This document shows, piece after piece, positions 25,446-37,613 of a DNA stretch of 64,000 bases. Each line of letters opens with the position of its first letter. Within the stretch, counting starts at the first letter, position 1. The DNA is from Basidiobolus meristosporus CBS 931.73. Lineage: Eukaryota > Fungi > Basidiobolomycota. Both the position numbers and the translations under genes were made by a program. The stretch covers positions 50,616-114,615 of the forward strand of contig MCFE01000249.1 in assembly GCA_002104905.1 (NCBI GenBank), in the 5' to 3' direction. A model generated the notes under the pieces. It made no database searches and was not told the origin of the DNA. It worked only from the letters and a program-made list of their open reading frames with translations.

Positions 25446-26738
25446 ATGGCCTATACCGATGCACAGCTTGATACTCTGCAGTATGTGAGCAAAGCTACGG
25501 CCGCTCTTAGTATATTTGGGTCACTAGGAAGCATACTGGTGGGTATTCACTTACTTCTGTCCCGACCTGTGCTGCGCTAACCTAGAGACCAATTGTAGGC
25601 CTTTCTCTTTTGGCGGCGGTTCCAGACTGCAACTGCGCGCTTGGTATTCTTCATGTCCATCGCGGATTTGATGTCGGTTATCTCTAGGTTCATTGGAAGG
25701 TTTGTCCTCATGTCCTGCCCCCCCCCTGAGCTGGAACAGCCCACTTACCTTTGCCAATAAGATGGGGCATCATGGCCGGAACCGAGAGCTTTCTTTGCCA
25801 GTTCCAGGCTGGCGTCATGCAATGGGGTGACATATCCTCCATCCTATGGACTGCCATGATCTCCCTCAATCTAGTGCTCATCCTGTACATGGGTCTCAGT
25901 TTAGATGATATTTTAAAATACGAAAAGTACTATGTTGTCATTTGCTACTCCGCAGGAGTGGTGATGGCCGTTGTACCGGTGTTTGTCGATAGTGCCAATG
26001 GCAACAACTTGTATGGGGACGCCATATTATGGTTAGTATAGTATATATATATATATATATAGCACTGGTGCCTCGAATGTCTGTCTTAGCTGACCCGGCG
26101 GTATATAGGTGTTGGATTACAAGCACCCATCCATATCATCAGCTGGCCTTTCTATTCATACCGCTCTGGGTTGTTTTCCTCTTTAACGCAGTCATTTATG
26201 CCTGGGTCGGCCGACTTATCTGGCAAACCGCCAAGAGTGTGTCAGGGTAAGAGGGAGTGATCTTTTGCTGTGCTGTGGCTCCGACTGAACCAAGCTTCTT
26301 CAACCAGCACCGGTCGCTCACAATATAAATACATTTACGGGAAAAACGTATCTTTGTATTTGGCTGCCTTTATTATCGTATGGTAGGGATCTTTCTGGCT
26401 GAGCAATGCCTGGTTTCCTTGATTGTAACCCCTAGTTTGCCCAATGTAGGACGCCTGGGTCCTTGAACCGGATATACATTATGGCTACCGGGTCCTCCTG
26501 CTACGCCTTCGCCATAATGCAAGCGTTCTTCTCACCGTTACGCGGCTTCATCAACTTTGCCGCATACTTCTACCTTACCTGGTTTGTGCAAGTTAAAGAA
26601 GAGGAGCGTCGAAGTCGTTCTCAGGGAAATGGCTTCCAGAAGTATTCCGAGTATTCCATAGACATCCCTTTAACCCCGAACTTTCCTCAGGACGAGAGTT
26701 ACAGGCATATCACATTGAGTAAAGGCTCCATATGCTGA
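25446..26738 (+). CDS. 7TM GPCR, cAMP-receptor-like (Dictyostelium CAR/Git3-like) family; multi-exon
   Basis: Spliced product includes SIFGSLGSIL, RLVFFMSIADL, LCQFQAGVMQW, YGDAILWCWI, LFIPLWVVFLFN, YLAAFIIVWTPGSLNR and PLRGFINFAAY, giving seven hydrophobic helices. Confidence 0.8.
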
Positions 26739-27119
26739 GTCTTACTCACCCAACGCGCATTACATCTGGGCGCTCTTAGGCCGACGTCCAATTAATTTCA
26801 TGTTGCCAGTTTTGCTTTGGACACACATGTGTGAATACTTGCATTTCTTTTAGCTCAGTAGAAAGGGGGGCTGTGGAGTAGAGGTATCAATGGTTGAACC
26901 GATACGTATGTAAACTTCTCGGAGACTAGAAAATCTCCCTAATAAACGATAAAGTGTACCGTGGTTTATTCTTGGATATTCACATAATTAGGGGGCACGG
27001 GATGGATATTTACTTTTTTACCTGATGTCGAGGGATTGCAAAATCGTAGGGATTATGTAGGATTATATTGACAGTGGTTTGCTTAATTGGGAATATTCTT
27101 TGATCGCAGCGGTTGGCCG

Positions 27120-28169
27120 TCACAATAACCTTTTGATCTCCTCCTCCCCCTCTACATCTTCGGATTTGCCCTCGCTGTACCTAAACGAGTCGTAGGTTGA
27201 ACTCTCGTCAGAGACTTCGTAGGCGAATATTTTTAGAACCCGTCTCCTCCAGGTGGCGGTGAAGCTCTTGTCAAAGCAGGTGCTCATGGTGTACCGCCGA
27301 GTCATGTTCTGGCGGAACGAGTGCCATGCCGAGTGAAGGGCGGGATCCAAGCAAAACACCAAGGAGTTGAGAAGGCCTTGGGAGACGTCGCAGGTTTGGG
27401 TGAGCTGAGAGGTCCAAGCAGGAGGCGGATTGGCCTTCTGGACGTAGACATAGTGTATCACAATCACAATGGGGAATCGGACAAGAACAATCACGATGGG
27501 ATACAAAACAATCCTGGCCACCATGAAGTTGATCATACGCTGCTGCTTCCTGACTCGGTTGGTCCTCTCGACATCCGGCTCGTATGCATTGCGTTTGAAG
27601 TAGAGCTTCTGCCTGAAGAGGTGGATCAAGATCAACACCAACGTCAGGGTGCAAAACAATACGCATGCAAGGGAAGGTAGCACGTAGGTCATCAGTTGCC
27701 AAATGCGAGAGCTCTTACTTGTCTGGTTGATAAACCAGCAAGTATGAGCCTCGAAATCCAGCCCAATCACCCCAAAGGCCGCCGGCAGGGTGGCAAGGGT
27801 GAAGGCAACGCAGAACACCGAGATAAAATAAATCCTCTCCAGGTTCACAGCGTTCCGTGTCCCCCGAACAAAGATCAGATACAGGTTCAATACAATGGCG
27901 ATGTTCAGGAAGCAGAAAGAGTTGAAGGCGAATAGATAGAGCCACACGCAGAACGTGCCCACCCACGGAACACTCTGGTATGCCGCCCATCTGCTTGCCG
28001 TGGTGAAAAGAGCATCCGATATCAACATGGCCAGGGTCAACCGGATGCTCACACGATTGACCGCCTCCTTGTTGAAGTACCAAATGAAAATAATCACCGA
28101 TGCCACGAGAAGGCAAGAGGCAATGGAGAGTGTAGAGAGTACAGTGTGAACTTCGGCCAACGATACCAT
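27120..28169 (-). CDS. 7TM GPCR-like protein (Git3/CAR-like fungal family), intronless, 349 aa
   Basis: Seven hydrophobic segments, NRVSIRL in loop 1, CWF in extracellular loop 2, RIVLYPIV in TM6, QGLLNSLVFCLDP in TM7. Confidence 0.75.
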   Translation of the reverse strand: MVSLAEVHTVLSTLSIASCLLVASVIIFIWYFNKEAVNRVSIRLTLAMLISDALFTTASRWAAYQSVPWVGTFCVWLYLFAFNSFCFLNIAIVLNLYLIFVRGTRNAVNLERIYFISVFCVAFTLATLPAAFGVIGLDFEAHTCWFINQTSKSSRIWQLMTYVLPSLACVLFCTLTLVLILIHLFRQKLYFKRNAYEPDVERTNRVRKQQRMINFMVARIVLYPIVIVLVRFPIVIVIHYVYVQKANPPPAWTSQLTQTCDVSQGLLNSLVFCLDPALHSAWHSFRQNMTRRYTMSTCFDKSFTATWRRRVLKIFAYEVSDESSTYDSFRYSEGKSEDVEGEEEIKRLL

Positions 28170-28609
28170 TGAAAGGACAATGTTGGAGACGGGAGGGGCC
28201 TCACTTTTATTTGCTGGGAATTCCCAGTTTAGCCCATATTACAGCCTAAAGCGATCTAAGCCCTGATCAACCGGTTGTCTGCCGATTTAACAAGGCATTT
28301 AACTTACCCCTCCCTCATTGCCACTGTGATAATCTTTACTTTAGTGATCCACCTTCAATGGGCTATGCTCAGGGTGAGACGCACATCCGCAACCAATTGG
28401 TGACCAAACCGCAGGGCGTAATAATGGTGCGAAAGAAACTGGCTCAAACCTGTGGCAGATTTGACGAAGCTTGCCAATCGTAGAAGTCCGGTGTCTCTCT
28501 TCTGGGGATGAGCACATATGAAAGTTCCAAGGACCATAGTTTATTGCTCTTGATGAAATTGACAAAACGTGACTAAAATACAGTTGCTTTCCTCAATTCC
28601 GTAGTGAAG

Positions 28610-29262
28610 CTAGCGATCTTCACACCACTCGTTCTCCCGGCGCACCTGCTCCTCTTCCTCAGGGGTGAAATCGTTGACGATATTGAAAGTCTTACGGATC
28701 TCCTCGGGGGTTTTGCCTGGTGTCAGAGGGTGGGGTTAGTCTGGTGGTGGGAAACTCGGCCGCCGGCCTGTCCCTACCTTTTATCATGTTGGCCACTGTT
28801 TTGCAAGTGAGGTCAAGGAGCGGCTTGATATCCAAGTAATTGGCAGCCTGTGGTTATTGTCCAAACTCAGTATGCGTACACAACGAATAAACCAGAGCTC
28901 GACCACCTTACCAAAATCAGCTCGAATAGGGTTCCTTGGTCCACTTTACAGAATTCATAATCCCACTCCTCAATATCATCGGACGTCTTGGGCTTTGTGT
29001 CGTCCTCATTCTCCACAGGATCCTCCTTGTGGTGTGCGCAATACTCGACCACCTTGGCGAGAATAGGGCCGCTGACGTTGGGTAGGGGGATGGCTTGAGA
29101 GGCAAGTACAATTAGTTAGATGTCTGGCCAAGGCTACAGGACTTCCGTACCAGTGTCACTCTCGCCCACATCCTCAAGCATCATCTTGATGAGCACCGAC
29201 TTCTCGATCACCTTGCGATCGACCACAAATTCCGTACCTTCTGAGCTTGTCAACTTCACCAT
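28610..29262 (-). CDS. SKP1: SCF ubiquitin ligase adaptor Skp1; 4 coding exons
   Basis: [74 protein letters not shown], ends [10 protein letters not shown]. Confidence 0.97.
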
Positions 29263-29268
29263 GATGCA

Positions 29269-29379
29269 CTAATAAAGAAACCAAGCCTTAGTCCCAAGCG
29301 TATGAATTATCACTCATCGCCCATCACCCATCGCTCGTCACCTACCATTCGCCATCCGCCATCCGCCAACCGCCCCTAC
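29269..29379 (-). other. Probable 5'UTR intron of SKP1
   Basis: Minus strand CCCAG|GTAGGG donor and TTTATTAG acceptor 6 nt before the ATG. Confidence 0.55.
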
Positions 29380-29615
29380 CTGGGACTGCATAACGGCTCG
29401 AATGTTGCGTAATTTACACACAAAGCAAACACGAGTTCTAAGCAGCACGCGATCAAGAAAAAAAAACCGATCTCAACCTGGCCAAGCTCAGTCGGAAGGC
29501 CGAAAAAAAAGAAGGGTGGAAAAATTTTAAGGGGATCCGCACGAGTGGGGAATAAAATCGGTGGCCAAGCGTAGTGGTCCTTCCTCTTTGCCCTTTTACT
29601 TCTTTTATTTTGAAG

Positions 29616-29704
29616 GTGAGTGAATCCATCAACCACGCGCATGCAACCATCCCAACCACCACACCAACCACACGAGCCAGTTGCTAACCGGGGTTTTTTT
29701 GTAG
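29616..29704 (+). other. Probable 5'UTR intron of RPL15, preceded by a pyrimidine tract
   Basis: GAAG|GTGAGT donor, GCTAAC branch site at 29683, TTTGTAG acceptor. CT-rich tract at 29579-29606. Confidence 0.7.
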
Positions 29705-29723
29705 TCGGTAGCAAACGCTAAGC

Positions 29724-30338
29724 ATGGGTGCCTACAAGTATATTGAAGAGTTGTACAAGAAGAAGCAGTCCGACGTCATGGGCTTCTTGCTCCGCGTCCG
29801 TTGCTGGGAATACAGACAATTGAACGTCATCCACCGTGCTTCTCGTCCCTCTCGTCCTGACAAGGCTCGTCGTTTGGGTTACAAGGCCAAGCAAGGATAC
29901 GTCATCTACCGTGTCCGCGTTCGTCGTGGTAACCGTAAGAGACCTGTTGCCAAGGGTGCTCAATTCGGTAAGCCCGTCAACCAAGGTATCAACCACTTGA
30001 AGTACCAACGTTCCCTCCGTGCCACCGCCGAGGAGCGTGTCGGTCGCAAGTGCGCCAACCTTCGTGTCTTGAACTCCTACTGGGTCAACCAAGACTCTAC
30101 CTACAAGTACTTCGAGGTTATCCTTGTTGATCCTTCCCACAAGGCCATCCGTCGTGATGCTCGCATCAACTGGATCTGCAACCCTGTTCACAAGCGTCGT
30201 GAAGCTCGTGGTCTTACTGCCATCGGCAAGAAGAACAGAGGTCACGGTAAGGGACACGCCTTCAACAAGACCATCGGTTCCGGCAGACGCAACAACTGGA
30301 TCAAGAGAAACACCTTGTCTCTCAGACGTTACCGTTAG
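29724..30338 (+). CDS. RPL15: 60S ribosomal protein L15 (eL15)
   Basis: [18 protein letters not shown]...[18 protein letters not shown]...[22 protein letters not shown]. Confidence 0.99.
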   Translation: MGAYKYIEELYKKKQSDVMGFLLRVRCWEYRQLNVIHRASRPSRPDKARRLGYKAKQGYVIYRVRVRRGNRKRPVAKGAQFGKPVNQGINHLKYQRSLRATAEERVGRKCANLRVLNSYWVNQDSTYKYFEVILVDPSHKAIRRDARINWICNPVHKRREARGLTAIGKKNRGHGKGHAFNKTIGSGRRNNWIKRNTLSLRRYR

Positions 30339-30954
30339 ATTTCATAACGATCTTAGTTCTAATAAATCAATGGAATCCCCATTTCACAAACAACTCAACT
30401 GTTGCCCCTTACTTTGCGTTTGTTTTCGTCATGAATCCAGTACTCGTCTGGTAATTTTTTCTCGTCGGCGTCGGTCACGTGAGCGGTGTTGATTCGAAAT
30501 CGGCGGGCATCTGGAAGGAATTGATTCGTTTGTGTTTCCTTCTGAAGAGTGTGATTTCAAACCTAATGCCAACTAGGTGTTTTCATCTGGTGCTTACACG
30601 ATCAGCATGTTCAGATGTTTCTTGCTGATTGTCTCTGCAGCATCCCGGTTCCAGCCTCGACCATTAATTTATAGTAATCGTTTGTAATCATTATAGGCTA
30701 CCCATATGGGGCAATAGGTGAATCTACCATCCCATATATGGAGGATTCTCTCCGGGGGGTTGATCACATCCAAGCCAAACTGTCTGGGGAAATAATGCGT
30801 ATATTCATGCGCCGAATGTTTGACGTCCAAAAATTCGATTGTTGCTCGGGTTGGTGTTTGCTAAAAATATTTAACGGCCCAACCTCCTGCAACACCTCAG
30901 AATTCCCCGTGCCTCCCTGAGTGTCGGAAAACCCTTGCTGTTGAAGTAGAAGTG

Positions 30955-32384
30955 ATGCTGAGATACCTGTCGAGGGCCACCTTAAGAAAGTATGTCTTGC
31001 ACCCTGGGAGTTCCTCGCTTCCCCCAACTTACTTGTCCCTTTTTCCCTAACAGTGTCAAGCCTACTGTGCACTGGAGACAGACTGGAATGCGGGAGATCA
31101 GTACAACGACCCGGAAGCCCACCCTAACCCGAGGCCACCCGGTCCTTTACAGCTCGGCCTTGCTAGCGATTGGCATTGGCGCTGGCTATTATACAACACA
31201 GGTATATATTTCCCGTTGGCAGGTTCCCATTCGACTGGTTGTATTTATTAGACTCCTAGACGAAAGTCAAGGTAACTTGTGAAGCTCAGACCGAAGCCCA
31301 ACGCTACATGAAGGAAGCCGAAAAAATGGAGAAAGATAAGGTAGGTTGAGGTCAACCGTTTTGTTGAGGTGAAGTGTAACTGATCGGCGCTCCACTTCGT
31401 GTTTTGTACAAACAGAGATACGAGGTCTTGTTACCAGCCGACACAGAACCTACCGCTATGAGCCAAAGAATGGCCAACTATGTGAAAAAACTCCAATATG
31501 AAATTGTCAGCACTCTTGCCGCGATAGACGGAAAGGAGTTTGTGGTTAATCAGTATCAACGAGCTGGCGGAGGCGAGGGCGCAGTGTGCGTGCTTCAGGA
31601 TGGTAACGTCTTTGAAAAGGCCGGTGTCAATGTCTCCGTGATGTCCAACAAATTACCCAAGGCCGCAGTCAAGCAAATGCGCGAAAAGCCTATGGAACTC
31701 CAAGGGGAAGGGCCATATCCCTTCTTCGTGGCCAGTATCTCCCTGGTTTTGCACCCTCACAACCCCATGGTGCCTACCGTCCATATGAACTATCGCTACT
31801 TTGAGATCCAGGACGAGGATGGTAAGCCACAGGCCTGGTGGTTCGGCGGTGGCTCCGACCTTACCCCAAGCTACCTGTTCGAGGAAGACGCAGTTCACTT
31901 CCACTCCACACTGAAACAAGCCTGTCAAAACCACGATCCCGAGTTCTACCCGGAGTTCAAGAAGTGGTGTGACCGGTATTTCTACCTTACACACCGTGGT
32001 GAGGCTCGAGGCATCGGAGGTGTTTTCTTCGATGATTTAGACACCCATCACCCCGAACAGATCTTCAAGTTTGTGCGCGAGTGCGGCGACGCATTTCTTC
32101 CGTCGTACGTGCCAATCGTAATGAAACGAAAGGACCACACATTTACCCCCCAGCAGAAGGAATGGCAGCAGATTCGACGCGGCCGCTATGTGGAGTTCAA
32201 TCTGGTCCATGACCGTGGCACCAAGTTTGGTCTTCGAGGACCCGGCCCCAAAATAGAGAACATCTTGATGTCGCTACCTTTGACCGCACGCTGGGAGTAT
32301 TGTCACTCCCCCGAAGAGGGAGGCGAGGAAGAAAAGTTGCTGGAGATTCTGAAGCATCCAAAGGAATGGGTTCCCTTGAACTGA
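30955..32384 (+). CDS. HEM13: Oxygen-dependent coproporphyrinogen III oxidase with N-terminal presequence and TM segment; 4 exons
   Basis: GNVFEKAGVNVS, HPHNPMVPTVHMNYRYF, WWFGGGSDLTP, RRGRYVEFNLVHDRGTKFGL. Upstream exons start MLRYLSRATLR at 30955. Confidence 0.93.
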
Positions 32385-32666
32385 GCACCCCTAGGAAATA
32401 GAACTTATTCAATGATTGTATGTAAATAAATTGCTTTTCTTGTTTGCGCTTAACATCACCCAGGGCATTGTCCAAATGATTTTCCAGTGTCCGCCAAACC
32501 GAGCCAGGGAATCCAAATTACTCTTTTTTATTGTCTTCGAGAACAAGTAAGCTCATGATGGGGGTGGGGAAAGAAACAATACGGAACACAATTTCTATAA
32601 TATCTTAATAAGGTTGTGGCGACAAGAACCAACAATGGAACACAGACGGAAAAGCTATACAGTGAT

Positions 32667-34033
32667 TTAGAGGAATTCTCTTTTTCTGGCGGTTCTTTGA
32701 TAGGGTCGGAGCACCCATTCCTTGTCGGCATCCGAGAGGTCGGCAGTACCAAGACGGATTTCGTATACTGCGTGAACCTGAGTTAGTACCATGCACCTCT
32801 GAGGTCGCCATGCTAATTCTACTTACGTCGCATTTCGAATCTGGGGCCTACTTCAGCTAATTGAACCTCCTTGTGACTCGTTTTGTAGAAAACATGGTGT
32901 CTGTAGGGGGTTATATTAGAGTACGTTATGTAACTATGGCTTTGAGGGTCATGCTTACCTGAAAGAGATGTAATCCTGCTCGTTTGAGAAGGTCATCACG
33001 CGCTTGCTGTCATCCTTGGGGACTGGGAACAGGTATTTTAGAATGTTCATTACCTACAGGTCCAAGTTAGGAGCCAGTTAGTCTTCACCCAACGACATCT
33101 TTAGTCCATGGATCACTTACTCTGTTACCAAGGTTGGAGTTGAAGTTGTTGAAGATAAGATGGGGGAAGGCTTCGGACACAGTTCCTTGATCCTTGAGAT
33201 CGTGTCTTAACACGGTATTATATAAGGTGAAGTATGCAGTGGGGCCGTAGGGGAAGTGACAAACAATCATGCCATCTGTGTGGATATAAATGAGAATAAG
33301 AAGACTGTCTCCGGGAATGCACTCTGGATTCGCTACTAACCGGGTTCACCACGATGCTCATGGAGAATAATCAAGTCAGTGACCTCGTTGGCTTTGCAAG
33401 CGTCGACCACCTCTGACATCACATAGTTACCACGATTAATACGTTGGGAATTGGGAAAGACAAGTCTCATTTCCTGAATTTTGATATCAGTACGCTGTGC
33501 CACGTGTTCAATCAGCACCCAATTCTACCTTGGCAAATTGTTGGAGCCTGCTACTGGGATCGCGGGAAGTGGTGATCATAATCTTGGGATCTTGGACACC
33601 AGCTCTAGCGTATTCGTCATCCACATGGGTTGTTGGTTCTATTAAGGTATCAAGGGATTAGCCTCTGCTTCTGTGCGAATAGTAACAAACGTTGTATGGA
33701 CCAGCTTGGGCTTCATCGTATTGGAGATCCTTTCTCAAGTTTTCGGTTTCTTTACGCACTTCGGTAGGCAAAGCCTTGCCCTCTATCGAAAAGAAAATAC
33801 TTCATTGAGTCTCATTGGATATAACTTCGAGTGCGAGCCTGTCGTACCCTCAATGGCCTCCTTTATCTGCTTCTTTCTTTCATATATCTGACGCTCTTTA
33901 CTCTCTAAAGATTTTCTGTACAAATATTCACGACGAAGTCTGGTTTGTCTACGAATCTGAGAGTAAGGTCGAGACGCTCGTTAATAAACTGGAGAATGAA
34001 TGCTTGCGAAACAAGGTGCCAATGCATTACCAT
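32667..34033 (-). CDS. IMP4: U3 snoRNP protein Imp4 (Brix domain); multi-exon
   Basis: ATG|intron|[41 protein letters not shown], ends [17 protein letters not shown]. Confidence 0.95.
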
Positions 34034-34342
34034 AATAGAAGGGAGTGGTGTGTGGGTCCGAGTGCGAGTATTATGATTATGAAAACCTGGTTCCTCAACA
34101 ATACTTGGAGAATAAGAGAATTTCTAAGTAGGTTGGCTATTCAACACCAGTCTCGGTTTTTTTTTCTTTTCTCAGTAGGCTTCATCAATAGCGAAAATTT
34201 CGGATTTAACCAAAGTGCCAGATTTGGCAAAAAAAAATTGGCAAGATGCCACAATTTTTTTTCTACTAGTATATACTATCTTGCTGGGAAGAGAAGGCCA
34301 TTTGTGACAAGCTTGTGGTTTCAGGTTTTCCTTGCTCTAACC

Positions 34343-35034
34343 ATGTCTGAATCTTCAGTCAAACGTATCTCCACTAGAGGCTCCGGTGCCAAAAAAGGCC
34401 CCCAAAAGTATCAAAACACAGTTGCGTATAAACATAACAAGAACTCGAAGAAAACACGCGCCATCAATGCCTTGCCTATTTCCGGGCTATGCCAGCGTTG
34501 TCATGATGTTCTTGAGTGGAGAAAGAAGTTCAGAAAGTACAAACCTTTGACCACTGCCAAGAAATGGTATTCAGACTGTTCTCTATCAATACCGTACACC
34601 TTTTCTGATATTTTATCTTTGAACAGTGTTTGCTGTGGCCAAAAGAGCGTAAAGGAGGCCTACCATGTACTTTGTAATAAGTGCGCTGATGACAAAAAGG
34701 TCTGCGCAAAGTGTCAGGAGAGCAAGCAGATTCTTCCAAGGTTGGTTTTAACTATTAGCGTAATATGTTTGGGGACCAATCTTAATCACTACTTTGCAGC
34801 ACTGTTAAAGACGAAAAGGTCCTTATGGCAGAGAGATTGCAAGAAGAACGCTTGCTTGCTAGCATGTCGGAAAGAGAACGTCGTTCATATCTGAGAAAGG
34901 CGGAAAGAGGCGAGGACTCTGATGAGGAATCTAATGACGACGAAAGTTTGGGAGAGGAGGACGAGGAAGAAGAAGAAGAAGAGAAGAGGAGAGGAGGAGG
35001 AGGCGGAAGACGAGGAAGTGGAGAAGAAAACTAA
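34343..35034 (+). CDS. DUF2039 / C9orf85-like basic Cys-rich protein with acidic tail; 3 exons
   Basis: KKGPQKYQNTVAYKHNKNSKK, CQRCHDVLEWRKKFRKYKPLT, CxxC...VKEAYHVLCNKCA...CAKC, SMSERERRSYLR. Confidence 0.85.
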
Positions 35035-35757
35035 TATTTAGATAAACTAATGTATATATATGGCAAAAGTTTAATAAATTCTTTGCAAAGCTCCATTCAT
35101 GGTGTAGTTTTCTTTGGGACTTGCCAGTTGAGCGCGATTCCTTTAGACCTTATTGATACAGACTGAATAAGATGCCAACAGTACCCACAAACAACTACTG
35201 TGTACTCTAACCTTTGCCAGAACTCTCGGCTTTTCAGCAGTTGGGTCCTACTTAACAGCTTTCCGGATGCAGGATTTTAAAGGCAAAGCAATACGAACTA
35301 TCAAAGTAATCAGGTCTATCTCTCCATGACGGAGAATTTAGCAGGAGCTACGCCAAAGATTTAGGCCATGAGAAGAATATCTATATATGCATACACAGAT
35401 GGCCACCACTCAGAATTATGCACAGTGGTCATGGAATAGATTGGCGATTCAAAGCCGCTCATTCTTGCTTAATTGATCGATTTTTCAATTCCAAGGATTT
35501 AGGATTTCCTAAACCATTCATTAATGGTCAAACTATTCACATTTTGACTTCACTCTCTCATCCTCCCGTAATACCACGTCCATCCATTTCGTTATCGAGG
35601 GTTTCCCCAAGTTTGCTTATCTCAGAGTAAGACGTATCTATTCCAGCGGTTCTCCCATTTCCCGTTTGGCAGAGCCGATTGAGTTAGACCTAGTGTAGAG
35701 TAGGAATTTACCGTAGAGAATTCACGCAAAAAAGCCCACCCAAGCGTAGAAAAAAAT

Positions 35758-37160
35758 ATGTCCGAGCGTATCTTTATCAAACTACCCCTATCTGCTTTCA
35801 AGAATTTACCCGAAGAGTCGCAGACAAATGTCGAGCAGAACGCGGCCGATCCAGCAGAGTCCTCGACCCCGTTAGTAAACTCGTGTTTTCGGCAAAACCC
35901 CTGATAATTAAATCATCCGTTGACTTTGATAGACCGAAGAGGCGTAGAGGTAGACCGGCCGGCAAACGTAGCTCACCTATGACTCCAGTCAGCATAAGGT
36001 AACTTTCGCGTCGGGAAGACATCTCTGGCGAGCGATTAAATTGATTATCGTCCTAGCCCTACTGGGAAGCGGGAGGCAGCGGTAGCAGCTCGAGAAAAAC
36101 TCTCCAATTCCAACAAGAAGACCAAAGAATCGGTTAGTATTATTCGCGCGAATCGTCAACACCGAAACACTCACCAACCTTTCGTATGTCTACAGAAGAG
36201 CAGAAAGAGTAGATCAAGAAACACGTCCAGGTCACCTGGCGGGACTTCCAAAAATTCTTCCAACTGTAAGCGGGCTCTTTTAGCGAATATTCCAAATCTA
36301 GACAGCCACTCAACATCTCTTTAGCTTCTGGCGAAAGATCTCAGCGATGCTTCATATGTGAAGCAGTGCTTTCGGGAGATATTCATGAAATCACACAGCA
36401 TATTGATCAGTGCTTAACCACCCATGAGCTAGGGAACGAGTCACAAGATGCCACCACACCCGTAAGCCCCAGTTGTCGTTTTCACTTGTCAAACTAATTG
36501 TTAATCCCATGTCTCCCAGAGTTCGGTTTCTTCGACACAATTCGTCGAGTACGAATGGGCAGGGCAGAGTAGAGTGCGCGCCACATCCCTGCTCGAAGCA
36601 GGGTTCGCCGGGACTGGGTTTTTACCTTGTCGAAAAGAACAGGACGTGGAGGACGACCTCGACATTGATCAGGTAGAGGCCGAGGTGTACGGACAAGCTC
36701 AGTTCTCCGATCGAGACATTTTGATTTTAAAAGACCGAAATGACGATGAAGGATTGCAATATGAGAACGACACTCTACAGACCGAAGCAAGGTATTTCAA
36801 ATCGTCGGGTTCTTCTTTTTATGCTGTGTTCCTTACCATCACCGTCTAAGCAGCCAGGACTTACAGCCCGTTAGGACTTATCTGCCCGCCCCTAGTCACG
36901 TGGACTCCGGAACAAACGACAACGCCACCCAGTTGCTCATAGAGTCTCTTAAAGCCCAGGTGCAAGAGCAGAAGGCCTTGTCCGAGGCTGTTCAGAGATG
37001 TGTAATATGTCTTGATCCCTATCGATCACCTCTCGTCTCAGTAAGCTGCTGGCATGTTCATTGCGAAAAATGCTGGCTGCACACGTTGGGAGCCAAAAAG
37101 CTATGTCCCCAGTGCCAGTGCATCACCCAGCCAACTGACCTTCGAAGAATATATTTGTAA
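35758..37160 (+). CDS. RNF220: RNF220-like RING E3 ubiquitin ligase; multi-exon
   Basis: CFICEAVLSGDIHEITQHIDQCL zinc finger, YEWAGQSRVRATSLLEAGFAGTGF, YGQAQFSDRDI, and RING CVICLDPY...CWHVHCEKCWLHTLGAKKLCPQC...DLRRIYL*. All match human RNF220 as I recall it. Confidence 0.85.
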
Positions 37161-37508
37161 ATTTGTAATTGCATCGGTCTCGGTATTTCACGCGAGCACC
37201 ATAAGCCTTGCAGCGTATCGCCAACCCAGGAACCATATCCAGTGCCCTTTGTATAGCCAAGTTCTACCTGAAGCGCACATCTCGTCGTCGGAGCACGGGA
37301 TATAGACAACCCAACAACCCAACCTATGTATCAGTATAATAGTCGCCGGACTGCCCGAGGCATTTATCGCAGCCAGAGGATCGGATTTCGGAGCGATCCC
37401 CAGATTTTTTTTCAAATCAAGTTGACGGAGGTCAGGAATAAAAGTAACTGAAATTTACCAAACCCCCCTTCTTTCCCGTCATCACTTCGCCTGTCTCCTT
37501 TGGAAAAG

Positions 37509-37606
37509 GTCAGTTTCTATCCACGGACTGCTCAGCCCGAATCCATCAACAGCCCCCAGCATGAAGAGTACATTTGTATTAATTGCGCATGTTGTTCGTT
37601 ACATAG
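37509..37606 (+). other. Probable 5'UTR intron of RPS10
   Basis: GAAAAG|GTCAGT donor after a pyrimidine-rich stretch, and TACATAG acceptor 7 nt before the ATG at 37614. Confidence 0.65.
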
Positions 37607-37613
37607 ATTCATA

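Noticed and set aside
26040-26062. (TA)n run
   Set aside because: Ordinary microsatellite inside a GPCR intron.
868-28169. Apparent Ras/cAMP gene cluster (RasGEF, PDE, CAR-like GPCRs)
   Set aside because: The genes are interspersed with unrelated housekeeping genes over 27 kb, so chance is sufficient.
33815-34894. 359-aa ORF spanning the IMP4 promoter
   Set aside because: It is a chance read-through from a non-ATG start into the DUF2039 frame across in-frame introns. The real start is the ATG at 34343.
37500-37613. N-terminal extension of RPS10 from a TTG start
   Set aside because: The extension coincides with a canonical 5'UTR intron, and conserved eS10 begins at the ATG at 37614.
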